A stretch of 64,000 bases of DNA from Parcubacteria group bacterium (GTDB taxonomy: Bacteria; Patescibacteriota; Patescibacteriia; Buchananbacterales; UBA6539), in contig NYZP01000002.1 in the NCBI GenBank assembly GCA_002687175.1, positions 1,171 to 65,170 of the forward strand, written 5' to 3'. Below, in pieces: positions 51,107 through 60,592 of the stretch; within the stretch, counting starts at the first letter, position 1; each line of letters starts with the position of its first letter. The notes beneath the pieces are model-generated. The model had not been told where the DNA came from. It did not search any database and was given only the letters and a program-made list of their open reading frames with translations. The translations under genes were made by a program, and so were the position numbers.

Positions 51107-51577
51107 ATGTTTAAAGAAAAGAAAGAAGTGATTGAATTTTGTTCATTAGTTGAGAAAGATATTCCTAAGCTATATAGCCTTATGGAACCTGAGATGCGTC
51201 AAGGGAGACTTTTGCCTAGATCAATTAAAGATATAATTGGTATTACTAAGTCTATTGGTGTTCTAAGGTACAATGGTGTAATTGCCGGAACCATTGGCCT
51301 TGTTCCTTATGGACCTTGGGCTGAAATAATTATGTGGTGGGTCAACGTTAAATATCGAGGACGAAGTTTTAGTTCTCAACTACTTCATGCAGCTATTAAC
51401 GAAGCTAAGACCAAATTATTTGAATCTGTTTTTTTATGCACGACATCAGTTCGAATAAATGATTATTTGTTACTTAATGGTTTTAGTAAGATCCATAAAG
51501 ATAATGTACCCAAGGAGAAGTGGCAGGGCTATCCTGAAGGCAGAGATGCTCAAGTATTTATTACGAGACTTCTTTAG
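51107..51577 (+). CDS. GNAT-family N-acetyltransferase.
   Basis: AAGGAG RBS before ATG 51107. Acetyl-CoA-binding motif region (WVNVKYRGRSFSSQLL). The track ORF start at 50924 is probably too far upstream because it spans the terminator. Confidence 0.7.
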   Translation: MFKEKKEVIEFCSLVEKDIPKLYSLMEPEMRQGRLLPRSIKDIIGITKSIGVLRYNGVIAGTIGLVPYGPWAEIIMWWVNVKYRGRSFSSQLLHAAINEAKTKLFESVFLCTTSVRINDYLLLNGFSKIHKDNVPKEKWQGYPEGRDAQVFITRLL

Positions 51578-51787
51578 TCTAATTTGAGGAGATTTAAAAC
51601 ACCTCCTCTTTTTCTTGACAAAAAATTTATTTGTGTTAGGATATATTTAACATTAAAAATTCAATAGTTATCATGAGTGCTACATGCTAAGGGTAATGGC
51701 CCAAGGGTAGCCGGCAACTCTCTCTAATTTATTTAGAGGTAGGAGTGCTAAATCCATCCCATTCTGGGGAAGATGACATTTAAAAAA

Positions 51788-51810
51788 GCTCTTCGTCGAA
51801 GAGTTTTTTT
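51788..51810 (+). terminator. Terminator (gctcttcgtcgaagag plus T7) ending a roughly 150-nt promoter-proximal noncoding region. A second hairpin with a T run lies at 51822-51848.
   Basis: Read directly. Confidence 0.5.
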
Positions 51811-51904
51811 GGTCTAAACGAGCCAATCTTCCCCCAAAGGTTGGCTTTTTTGGATCTTTGTTTAAACTAAGTCTTTTAACCACAACCAATAGGAGGGTTA
51901 TACT

Positions 51905-52120
51905 ATGGTGGTAGGTCCGGTAATGACGTCAGTGCAACCACTATTGAAAGAGAAACATAGACAGGCAATAGAAGCGGGGAAAATTCCTGAGGGTACCCCA
52001 TTTCGTATCAAATCTGTTCCGGCTAAGCCTAATGGAAGGAACTATCATTGCGCTGATCAAAACGGCGAAATAATTCCATGCATTGAACCAGAATGGGGCA
52101 TTCCAACTATTAGTGACTAG
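51905..52120 (+). CDS. Small hypothetical protein of 71 aa with a Cys pair.
   Basis: Strong AGGAGGG RBS 8 nt upstream and a downstream terminator at 52149-52178. Confidence 0.4.
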   Translation: MVVGPVMTSVQPLLKEKHRQAIEAGKIPEGTPFRIKSVPAKPNGRNYHCADQNGEIIPCIEPEWGIPTISD

Positions 52121-52499
52121 CCTAGAAAAGGCAGTGTCACTCAATTTCGGGGACAAGATTTCTTGTTCCCTTTTTTTATTAAAAATGGCTGTCTCTTGCC
52201 AAAAATTAATAAATATGGTAGTGTATCAATGAACATAATAATTAACTGATATAGAGAATCATTCGATAGGAGATTCACTCAGAATAGGTTTAATTAAGCA
52301 GATTATTGTACTAAAACTCATTTTTCCTAACTATTTATCACCCAGGAATATCAAATTAACTTCAGGAAAAATTAGCTTCAATTACTTGACTGATGTTTTT
52401 AACATCATCTTAAAACATTTGGGTTAATCATTTTTGGTTAGCCAATCTCCTCTACAACTTAGATCGACTTGTTCTCTATCTCTTTGGAGATAGAAACGT

Positions 52500-54026
52500 A
52501 TGCAAACAATTTATTGGCTTATAGCGCTATCCTTAGGAATAATTAGTGGGATAGCTTTTGGTTATCAATTAAGAAAAATTTGGGCGGTAAAACGTCGTGA
52601 TACCATTGAAACCAAAGTTGAATCTTTACTTAATGAAGCCAAAGCAAGACAAAAAGAAATTTTGTTACAAGCTAACGACAAGGCTTTGGCAATTTTAGAT
52701 GAGTCTAAACAAGAAGGTAAAGAAAAGCAGCAAGAGTTAGTAAGATCACAACAGCGATTAGAAAAACGTGAAGGTCTTTTTGACCAACGTATCTTAGAAT
52801 TAGAAAATAAAAAGCAAGAATTAGTAGAAAAGGCAGAAAAAGTAGAAGCAGTGAAAGGTGAAATTGTTAAAATTAAAGAAGAGCAGATGGCTAAATTAGA
52901 AAAGGTTGCTAAGTTAACTAAAGAAGAGGCTAAAAATATTCTTCTAGAAAATACTGAAAAGGATATTAAGGACGATTTAGTAGGAAGAATTAAAAAACTT
53001 AACGATCAGTCATCTCTAGAGCTGGATCGTAAGGCTAGAGAATTAATGTCTTTGGCAATTCAGCGTTGCGCCGTGTCCCACGCGGCGGAAAGTACGACTA
53101 CTACTATTGATTTACCCTCAGATGAAATGAAGGGTCGAGTCATTGGTCGTGAAGGACGAAATATTAGAACGATTGAACGTTTAACCGGGGTGGAAATTAT
53201 TGTTGATGACACCCCTAACGCTATCACCGTTTCCGGGTTCTCCCCTATTAGACGGCATGTGGCCAAAAAAGCCTTGGATAAACTAGTGTTAGACGGCAGA
53301 ATTCATCCAGCTAAAATTGAAGATGCTATCGATGAAGCTAAAAAAGAATTGGCTAATGAAATTCAAGAAGCCGGCGAAAATGCTGTGTATGAATTAGGCA
53401 TAACTGGTTTAGATCCTAAATTGGTTCAAATTATTGGTCGGTTAAAATATCGAACAAGTTATGGACAGAATATTTTACAGCATTCAATTGAAATTGCTCA
53501 CCTAAGCACTCTCTTGGCAAAAGATTTGGGGGCTGATGTTACTATCGCCAGAAAGGGTGGATTGATGCATGATATTGGTAAAGCAGTTGACCATGAAGTT
53601 CAAGGGGGACATCCGGAAATTGGGTATGATATCTTAAAGAAATTTGGCGTACAGGAAGAAGTGGCTTACATTGCCAGAGGTCACCACGAGGATAATCCAA
53701 AAACCATTGAAGCTGTTATCGTAAAAGTTGCGGACGCCATTTCTGGTGCTAGACCAGGTGCCCGTAAAGATACTTACGAGCAGTATTTACAACGTCTAGA
53801 AGACCTAGAAAAAGTGGCTAACAGTTTTGACGGTGTTGAAAAAACTTATGCCATTCAAGCTGGCCGAGAAATTAGAATCTTTGTTGTGCCAAGTGAAGTT
53901 GATGATTTAGGAGCTCATAAATTGGCTAAAGAAGTGGTTAAAAAAATAGAAGCTGAATTAAAGTATCCAGGTGAAATTAAAGCAACAGTAATCCGTGAAA
54001 CTAGGATTATTGAATACGCTCGGTAG
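52500..54026 (+). CDS. rny: Ribonuclease Y.
   Basis: N-terminal TM, coiled coil, KH domain (GRVIGREGRNIR) and HD domain (HSIEIAHLS...HDIGK). Confidence 0.9.
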   Translation: MQTIYWLIALSLGIISGIAFGYQLRKIWAVKRRDTIETKVESLLNEAKARQKEILLQANDKALAILDESKQEGKEKQQELVRSQQRLEKREGLFDQRILELENKKQELVEKAEKVEAVKGEIVKIKEEQMAKLEKVAKLTKEEAKNILLENTEKDIKDDLVGRIKKLNDQSSLELDRKARELMSLAIQRCAVSHAAESTTTTIDLPSDEMKGRVIGREGRNIRTIERLTGVEIIVDDTPNAITVSGFSPIRRHVAKKALDKLVLDGRIHPAKIEDAIDEAKKELANEIQEAGENAVYELGITGLDPKLVQIIGRLKYRTSYGQNILQHSIEIAHLSTLLAKDLGADVTIARKGGLMHDIGKAVDHEVQGGHPEIGYDILKKFGVQEEVAYIARGHHEDNPKTIEAVIVKVADAISGARPGARKDTYEQYLQRLEDLEKVANSFDGVEKTYAIQAGREIRIFVVPSEVDDLGAHKLAKEVVKKIEAELKYPGEIKATVIRETRIIEYAR

Positions 54027-54032
54027 CTAGGT

Positions 54033-54054
54033 GTTTAGGTTCTTAGGTTTTTAG
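54033..54054. repeat. 22-mer GTTTAGGTTCTTAGGTTTTTAG, identical to 22420-22442 beside the polA start.
   Basis: Read directly in both places. Confidence 0.8.
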
Positions 54055-54107
54055 GGATTACTGCGTAATCAACATAGCGTTTTTATTCATAATAACAATG
54101 AAACGCT

Positions 54108-54485
54108 ATGACAAAACTATTTTCTTATAAGGACTTAATTTATTGGCAACGATCAATGGATTTAGTAGTAGCTATTTATCAGTTAGCCAGCCATTTTCCT
54201 AAAACTGAAATTTATGGATTAGCATCTCAGATGAAACGATCATCAATTTCTATTCCCTCTAACGTTGCCGAAGGTAGAAGGAGAAGTAGCCGAAAAGAGT
54301 ACCGTCATTTTTTAAATATTGCTTATGCTTCTGGAGCAGAATTAGAGACCCAAATTGAGATAGTAAAAAGATTACCCTTTGGAAAAACTTTAAATTTTAA
54401 AATAGCTGATAGTTTGTTAGAAGAAGTAATGAAAATGTTAAATAAAACTTTTTCGACACTTGGCTCTAACAACCTAACAACCTAA
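54108..54485 (+). CDS. Four-helix-bundle protein (TIGR02436 family, often found in 23S rRNA intervening sequences).
   Basis: Conserved blocks SIPSNVAEG...EYRHFLNIAYASGAELETQ. Confidence 0.75.
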   Translation: MTKLFSYKDLIYWQRSMDLVVAIYQLASHFPKTEIYGLASQMKRSSISIPSNVAEGRRRSSRKEYRHFLNIAYASGAELETQIEIVKRLPFGKTLNFKIADSLLEEVMKMLNKTFSTLGSNNLTT

Positions 54486-54489
54486 CAAC
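54466..54489. repeat. (CTAACAAC)x3 tandem octamer overlapping the stop of the preceding gene and ending 7 nt before the ymdB-like ATG.
   Basis: Read directly. Places TAA in all frames. Confidence 0.9.
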
Positions 54490-54496
54490 CTAGACC

Positions 54497-55291
54497 ATGA
54501 AAATATTGTTTTTTGGTGACATCATCGGCAAGCTTGGTCGTAAAGCTTTCGTCAAGATACTCCCAGAACTTAAACAGGAGTATCAGCCAGATTTAGTTAT
54601 TGCTAATGTAGAAAATTTAGCCCATGGCGCTGGTGTAACAGCCAAAACGCTCAGTGAAATAGTTGAAGCCGGGGCAGATTTTTATACTTCAGGCAACCAT
54701 ATTTTCTCTAAGCCTGAAGCGGAGAGCCTGCTTAATGATCCAGCTTCAAATTTGATTAGGCCGGCTAACTATTTTGCTGATAAACCAGGAAAAGGATTCA
54801 AGGTTATCGAGGTTGGATCAAGATCACTTTTAGTGATTAATTTAATTGGTCAGGTTTTCATGAAAGATGAGGTTGATTCACCATTTGAAAAAATTGATGA
54901 GATTTTATCCGAAGTTGATCATAAAAATTTAGCTGGTATTATCGTTGATTTTCACGCTGAAGCTACCTCGGAAAAAAATGCTTTTGGTCATTATGTTGAT
55001 GGTCGGGTTAGTGCAGTTTTAGGAACACATACCCACATACCCACAGCTGATCAAAAAATATTGTCCAAAGGTACGGCCTACGTTACTGATATTGGTATGG
55101 TTGGTGAGTACGATTCAGTCATTGGAGATAAGAAGGAACCAATTATCGCCAGTTTTTTAGCTGGTGAAAAACCAAAGATTGAAGTTGCTGAAAGTGGTGA
55201 AGCCATAGTCTCGGCCATACTTTTGGAGATTGATCCTGATACCAAAAAGGCAACAGGGATTAGTCGCGTAGACAGAAAAATTAAAGTATAG
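54497..55291 (+). CDS. ymdB: YmdB-like metallophosphoesterase (TIGR00282).
   Basis: Motifs FFGDIIG, NVEN and GNH, with rny-ymdB synteny. Confidence 0.85.
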   Translation: MKILFFGDIIGKLGRKAFVKILPELKQEYQPDLVIANVENLAHGAGVTAKTLSEIVEAGADFYTSGNHIFSKPEAESLLNDPASNLIRPANYFADKPGKGFKVIEVGSRSLLVINLIGQVFMKDEVDSPFEKIDEILSEVDHKNLAGIIVDFHAEATSEKNAFGHYVDGRVSAVLGTHTHIPTADQKILSKGTAYVTDIGMVGEYDSVIGDKKEPIIASFLAGEKPKIEVAESGEAIVSAILLEIDPDTKKATGISRVDRKIKV

Positions 55292-55364
55292 TATCATAAG
55301 GTAGTAATATATTTATCAACATTTATAAATTATTAATTGAAACAAAAGAAAGGAGATAACAACA

Positions 55365-55745
55365 ATGAACAAAGCCGAGTTAATAGATGTTATTAGTGAA
55401 AAAGTAGGTATTTCTAAAAAAGAAACTGAGGACGTGTTAGATACTCTAACTAACACTATTATAAAAAAATTACAGGATGGCGAGGAAGTAACACTAACTG
55501 GTTTTGGAGCCTTTTCCGCTCGAACTCGTAAAGGTAGGGTGGGAGTTAATCCACGCAACCCTTCTGAAAAAATAGATATTCCTTCGGTGGTTGTACCTAA
55601 GTTTAAAGCTGGTAAAAATTTGAAAGAGGCTTTAAAGGGTGGTAGCTCAAATAGTAATGAGCCTGAATCAACACCTGAACCAGTAGAAAATTCTGCTCAA
55701 GAATCAGAGTCGACTACTGAAGAAGATTCTAATACTGCAGAATAG
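55365..55745 (+). CDS. hup: HU-family DNA-binding protein with an acidic C-terminal tail.
   Basis: MNKAELIDVISEK...TGFGAFSARTRKGRVGVNPRN is the canonical HU arm. Confidence 0.9.
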   Translation: MNKAELIDVISEKVGISKKETEDVLDTLTNTIIKKLQDGEEVTLTGFGAFSARTRKGRVGVNPRNPSEKIDIPSVVVPKFKAGKNLKEALKGGSSNSNEPESTPEPVENSAQESESTTEEDSNTAE

Positions 55746-55869
55746 AATAATAAGCAAACTTTTAAAACAAAAAATCTCTACCCTCGTAGGGGTTTTTTAT
55801 TTTAAGTTAAATGATTGACAAAATTAGGTCAATGTAGTAAAATGCTCTAATCTGAATAATGAATATTTT

Positions 55870-56670
55870 ATGATAAATGACAATAAATTAATTAAAACTC
55901 TTAAGTTAAGCATATTTTTAATGCTTGCTCTTCTAGTGGTTACCGGCTGCGGTCGTGGTAATGGTGATGAAATAGAGGAGGTAGCCAAGAAGCAAGTAAA
56001 AATTCAAACAATCCAAAAGCAAAATCAAGTCACTACTGATTTAACTGTTTCTGGTACTATAATTCCCAAAGAATACACTTTGATCAGAAGTTTAACGCCG
56101 GGCACTGTTGAATATGTTGTGCCAGTTGGTTCACCTGTTTCAGTTGGAGAATCTTTATTCAGAATTCGTGATGAAAATATCGAAAATAATTATTTCAATT
56201 CATTACAAAATTTTAGACAAACTGAGATTTTAGCAAATCAAAGAGTTAATCAAGCAGAGTTAGCATTAAGTAGTACTCAAGCTAGATTTGACTTAGCTCA
56301 AAGAAATTTAGAAACAGCAGTTTTACAAAGTGAACAGAATCTTATCAATGCTCAAGATTCTGCTGTCATTGAGTATAATTCTACTTATAACACTTTGAAT
56401 CAGTTCTTTATTTTTGTCAGTGCTGGTGAATTAACTAATGATGAATTTGTTTATCGTAATGTTGGAACCTCTCAACTAGAACTTAGAGGGAACACCGAAC
56501 TTGCCTATCTGTCAGCAGTAAAGTCATTTTTAAAATTATCAAATTTGGTTAATTTTACTAATATAGACCAATCACTTAATGATATCACCCAAGTTCAGCA
56601 TAAGGCTCCCCTTACGACCGTTTGCTCCCGCTCGAGGCGGGCAAGATTGGCTTTTGGTTATTCTATTTAA
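55870..56670 (+). CDS. Putative lipoprotein.
   Basis: Lipobox LLVVTGC after a signal peptide. The rest is unknown. The GC-rich 3' end contains a cccgc-tcgag-gcggg hairpin. Confidence 0.5.
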   Translation: MINDNKLIKTLKLSIFLMLALLVVTGCGRGNGDEIEEVAKKQVKIQTIQKQNQVTTDLTVSGTIIPKEYTLIRSLTPGTVEYVVPVGSPVSVGESLFRIRDENIENNYFNSLQNFRQTEILANQRVNQAELALSSTQARFDLAQRNLETAVLQSEQNLINAQDSAVIEYNSTYNTLNQFFIFVSAGELTNDEFVYRNVGTSQLELRGNTELAYLSAVKSFLKLSNLVNFTNIDQSLNDITQVQHKAPLTTVCSRSRRARLAFGYSI

Positions 56671-57646
56671 TTAAATAAGGTTCACCAAAACAAGGAATCT
56701 TGTAATTATCATAGTCCCAGACCTTGACTGCCTTGCATTTTAAATAAGAGTCAATAATATTATTGACTAGGTTTGGTGTTGCTCCAGGAAAAGAATGAAC
56801 CTCATCCTGAAAAATATTCTCTTGAAGAGTAGGTGAACCATGTAATACAACAACCGCGGCGTGTGAATTTTCAACTTTATTGTTTCTTATAATAGATTTT
56901 CCTCCAACATCAAAACCTTCATGGCCACAGTCTTGGGCTAAATTATTTTCAAATAAACCATTAGAGCCATCGATACTAAAACAGCCCCACATAGCGTGTC
57001 TAATTACACTATCTCTAATAATCATTCCTTTATCAGGTGAAGGAATGGACACTCCGTTACGAGAGTATTCTACTACTACATTTTCTAGAACCGAAGCCTT
57101 ACCAACCAAGTTAATCCCTCCCCAATCTGCATAATGAGGTTCTTTACTATCAGAAGTAAAAATTATTGGTTGTTCTTTTGTGCCTTTAGCAATTAAGGAA
57201 CCAACTACAAAAATACTTGAATGGGAGTCTGCGTATTCTTTTAGTCTAGTAGGGTCGTCATCATTAAAGCCATCAGCCTTAATTTCGATATCAAAACTTG
57301 AAGGCAAACTGTCTTGACCAGCAGCAAATGTTATAATAGTTCCTGGCTCAATCGTGAGAGTTGAAAGAATTATAACATCGCCTGTTATATAGACATCTCT
57401 TGACCAAGTTTGTTTGCCAGTAAAAGTTCCCTTAACATTGGATAAATCTTTTGCCTCTTTTTGGATAGATTTTTTTTCAATTTCCGAAAGAGTATTCCCA
57501 GTAAATTTTGCAACTTGGTTTTGATAAATTTTACTATAAATACCAGTATATACTTTTTTTGTTATAAATATAGCTACAATAATAAATATAACAATAAATA
57601 TAACAACAAAAATTATTATGAAAGGATTTTTCTTCTTTTTTTTCAT
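56663..57646 (-). CDS. Membrane-anchored right-handed parallel beta-helix repeat protein (pectin-lyase fold).
   Basis: N-terminal TM and repeated beta-helix rungs (GFDVGGKSIIRNNKVENSHAAVVVLHGSP). Confidence 0.6.
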   Translation of the reverse strand: MKKKKKNPFIIIFVVIFIVIFIIVAIFITKKVYTGIYSKIYQNQVAKFTGNTLSEIEKKSIQKEAKDLSNVKGTFTGKQTWSRDVYITGDVIILSTLTIEPGTIITFAAGQDSLPSSFDIEIKADGFNDDDPTRLKEYADSHSSIFVVGSLIAKGTKEQPIIFTSDSKEPHYADWGGINLVGKASVLENVVVEYSRNGVSIPSPDKGMIIRDSVIRHAMWGCFSIDGSNGLFENNLAQDCGHEGFDVGGKSIIRNNKVENSHAAVVVLHGSPTLQENIFQDEVHSFPGATPNLVNNIIDSYLKCKAVKVWDYDNYKIPCFGEPYLIK

Positions 57647-57695
57647 ACATTCATTTTACCAAAAAACCACCTCTAATACGAGGCGATTTTAAAAG

Positions 57696-57768
57696 TGGGC
57701 GCAGAGGGACTCGAACCCCCGACCATCTCCTTAAGAGGGAGTTGCTCTACCAACTGAGCTATGCACCC
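57696..57768 (-). tRNA. tRNA-Lys (CTT), no CCA encoded.
   Basis: The reverse complement folds as GGGTGCA...TGCGCCC with anticodon loop CTCTTAA. Confidence 0.85.
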
Positions 57769-57789
57769 CAGTAAATTATAAATGTTAAA

Positions 57790-57865
57790 TGGTGCGCCCG
57801 GCAGGAGTCGAACCTGCAACCCCTTGGTCCGAAGCCAAGTGCTCTATCCATTGAGCTACGGACGC
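57790..57865 (-). tRNA. tRNA-Arg (TCG), CCA encoded.
   Basis: The reverse complement folds as GCGTCCG...CGGGCGC with anticodon loop CTTCGGA. Confidence 0.85.
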
Positions 57866-58050
57866 ATGTAATCTATTGTAAATTTTAGTGCTCCCCACCC
57901 CACACTAAAGTGTGGTTCGGACAGGTATCCTTTGAGCCCTGCCCGACTTGCTTTGCAAGGCGGGTACGGACGCATATAATAACTTCCCTAAGATAACATA
58001 AATGTAAAAAAAAATCAATCCTACGCCTATAAGATTGATTTTTTCATTTA

Positions 58051-59091
58051 TCAGTTGATCAGTTCTGGATTAGTCATGTGGGACTGAGCAGTTTCTTTAT
58101 TAATCGTACCCTCGTTAAACATATTGATTAAATTTTGATCCATGGTAATCATCCCCTCTTCGGCACTGGTTTGAATGACAGTTTTAATCTGGGCAATTTT
58201 ATTTTCCCGAACCAAGTTAGAAATAGCTGGAATATTAAGCATCACTTCCCTGGTAGCAATTCGTCCGCCTTTGGCTTTAGGAATTAACTGCTGGGAAATA
58301 ACAGCATTTAAGGTCATTGAAACCTGGAGTCTAATTTGTTGTTGTTGATGGGAAGGAAAAATATCTATAATACGGTCAATGGTTTGAGCGGCATTATGAG
58401 TGTGCAAGGTGGCTAAAACTAAATGACCAGTTTCCGCCAAAGTAATGGTGGCAGCGATTGTTTCCAAATTTCTCATCTCACCAACCATAATGACGTTGGG
58501 ATCTTGACGTAGAACATGGATCAGAGCGCTTTGAAAGGTGATCATGTCCGTGTGTAACTGTCGCTGTTTAATAATACTTTTATTTGGTTTAAACAAAAAT
58601 TCAATTGGATCTTCCAGGGTCATAATATGGGCGGAACGGTTGGCATTAATGAAATTAACCATTGCCGCTAAAGTGGTTGATTTACCACAACCAGTTGGAC
58701 CAGTGACCAAAATCAAGCCCTGCTTCATTTCTAACAGTTTATAAGCAATCTCTGGCATTAAAATATCTTCCATCGTTGGAATATTTGAAGAAATAACACG
58801 AGCCACTAAACCGAGATGATCTTTTTCCCAATGGAGATTAACCCTAAACCGATGCCCTGATTTTATTTCATAGGAAAGGTCTAACTCTTTTTCTTTTAAA
58901 TATATTTCTTTTTGTTTATCAGTAAGAATTGGATAAATTAATTCTTCAGCAATTTTTTGGGTAATACTACCCTGACCTTTGATTGGTCCTAGCTTTCCGT
59001 CAATTCTTAAAGTAGGAGACATACCAACGATCAGATGAAGGTCAGAAGCCTTGTTGTCCACGGCAATTTTAAATAAATCGCCTAATTTCAT
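58051..59091 (-). CDS. pilT: Type IV pilus retraction ATPase PilT.
   Basis: Walker A GPTGCGKST and the PilT AIRNLIRE-like motif (ISNLVRENKIAQI). Confidence 0.9.
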   Translation of the reverse strand: MKLGDLFKIAVDNKASDLHLIVGMSPTLRIDGKLGPIKGQGSITQKIAEELIYPILTDKQKEIYLKEKELDLSYEIKSGHRFRVNLHWEKDHLGLVARVISSNIPTMEDILMPEIAYKLLEMKQGLILVTGPTGCGKSTTLAAMVNFINANRSAHIMTLEDPIEFLFKPNKSIIKQRQLHTDMITFQSALIHVLRQDPNVIMVGEMRNLETIAATITLAETGHLVLATLHTHNAAQTIDRIIDIFPSHQQQQIRLQVSMTLNAVISQQLIPKAKGGRIATREVMLNIPAISNLVRENKIAQIKTVIQTSAEEGMITMDQNLINMFNEGTINKETAQSHMTNPELIN

Positions 59092-59113
59092 AGGATTAAA
59101 TATTTAAAATAAA

Positions 59114-59806
59114 TTAATTCCATTTTTTATTTTCTAAGGCTTTGCTAGCCGCATTAACTTGAGCCTCTTGTTTGCTAGAGCCGGTACTGGTTCCGATCAA
59201 TTCTTTTTCTAAGTATACACCGACTTGAAATTTTTTGTCATGATCGGGGCCACTCTCTTTTAATACTTTGTAACTTGGAGTAATACCTAATTTTTCCTGG
59301 GAGATCTCTTGAAATTTACTTTTGGGATCAAGGTACAATTCATTTGATAAGATGTGGGGTAGCTCCGGAATTAGATTTTCGTTAATAAATTTACTAGCTT
59401 GTTTGTAACCGCCATCAAGATGAATAGCACCAATTAAAGCTTCATAAGTATTTGCTAAAATATAATTTCTAGCCTTACCATTGGTATCCTTAGCTTCCCC
59501 CTTACTTAAATACAAATAATCCTCCAAATTAATTTTTCTGGCTAGTTTAGCCAACATTTGACTGTTTACAATACTGGCACGCCAGTTAGTAAGTTCACCT
59601 TCAGGATTAGGATAGTTTGAATAAAGATGCTCGGTGGTAACAAGTTCCAGAACAGCATCACCTAAAAATTCTAGCCGTTCATTATGACCTAACTTAAAAC
59701 CAGAGTTTTCGTTAATATAGGAACGATGGACAAAGGCTTGTTTAAGTAGATCTTTATTTTTAAAATTAACTTTTAGCTTTTTTTCAAGTTTAGAAAAATC
59801 CTTCAT
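59114..59806 (-). CDS. rnc: Ribonuclease III.
   Basis: RNase III signature ERLEFLGDAVL and a C-terminal dsRBD. The start is taken at MKDFSK (59806) because the longer track ORF extends through the upstream heptamer repeat. Confidence 0.85.
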   Translation of the reverse strand: MKDFSKLEKKLKVNFKNKDLLKQAFVHRSYINENSGFKLGHNERLEFLGDAVLELVTTEHLYSNYPNPEGELTNWRASIVNSQMLAKLARKINLEDYLYLSKGEAKDTNGKARNYILANTYEALIGAIHLDGGYKQASKFINENLIPELPHILSNELYLDPKSKFQEISQEKLGITPSYKVLKESGPDHDKKFQVGVYLEKELIGTSTGSSKQEAQVNAASKALENKKWN

Positions 59807-59824
59807 GGTAGAGATTATAGCTGG

Positions 59825-59838
59825 TAGCTCGTAGCTTG
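59825..59838. repeat. TAGCTCG-TAGCTTG heptamer pair upstream of rnc (opposite orientation relative to the gene compared with the sufS copy).
   Basis: Read directly. Confidence 0.6.
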
Positions 59839-59893
59839 TAAGTTTTATCCTTACCAGCAACCAGCTTCAAGCTAGGTTATGTTAGTTAGAGTT

Positions 59894-60343
59894 TTACTTT
59901 TGAGTTTTATTCTGACTTGGTTCAGCGTCTTTGGTAATATCTTTATAGATAGTTCCTAAGACACCGTTAACAAATTTTCCTGATGACTCACCACCAAAGG
60001 TTTTGGCCAGCTCAATCGCTTCATTGATGGCTACTTTTTCTGGTATCTCATCATCATATTTCATTTCTTGAATGCCAATTCGTAAGACGTTTCGATCAAC
60101 CATAGTAATTTGTTCAATTGGCCACTCTGGAGCAAACTTGGTAATCAAGTCGTCAATTTCTTCCTTATTTTTTATGACACCTTTAACTAAGTTTTCAATA
60201 AATCCTTTATCGTCAAACTGTGGAGCAAATTCGTTTAAGTTACGTTGAATTGAAAAATCTAATTTGCTTGCATCTTTTTCGTTAAAATCCCATTGATAAA
60301 GTGTTTGCAAAGCGATGGTCCTGGCTAAATGGCGATTTGACAT
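59894..60343 (-). CDS. nusB: Transcription antitermination factor NusB.
   Basis: NusB fold pattern ([17 protein letters not shown]). Confidence 0.85.
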   Translation of the reverse strand: MSNRHLARTIALQTLYQWDFNEKDASKLDFSIQRNLNEFAPQFDDKGFIENLVKGVIKNKEEIDDLITKFAPEWPIEQITMVDRNVLRIGIQEMKYDDEIPEKVAINEAIELAKTFGGESSGKFVNGVLGTIYKDITKDAEPSQNKTQK

Positions 60344-60348
60344 AAAAA

Positions 60349-60549
60349 TTATTTACCCTCTTTCTTCTTTTTAATTTTAGGTTTTATAATTTCTTTGCCT
60401 TTGTAACTACCGCAAAATGAACAGACCTGGTGTGGCAAAGTTGCTTTTCCACATTTGGCACACTTAATTAGCTTGACTTTAGTTAAGGATTGATGTGAAC
60501 GTCCTCTTTTAGTTTTAGCACTACTTTTTCGTTTTTTGGAAACGGACAT
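60349..60549 (-). CDS. rpmF: Ribosomal protein L32.
   Basis: [19 protein letters not shown] and zinc-ribbon CxxC...CxxC. Confidence 0.85.
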   Translation of the reverse strand: MSVSKKRKSSAKTKRGRSHQSLTKVKLIKCAKCGKATLPHQVCSFCGSYKGKEIIKPKIKKKKEGK

Positions 60550-60592
60550 ATTAGTTACATTGTACGTTAAATTTTTAGTTAAATCAATTGAA

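Noticed and set aside
57540-57625. AT-rich periodic stretch (ataaatataacaa...) that looks like a tandem repeat.
   Set aside because: It is the coding sequence for the KYNNKYNN... low-complexity N-terminus and TM region of the minus-strand beta-helix protein, not a noncoding repeat.
59807-59860. N-terminal 18 codons of the track ORF for rnc (MLVRIKLTSYELPAIIST).
   Set aside because: They are encoded by the TAGCTYG repeat region. RNase III homology begins at MKDFSK.
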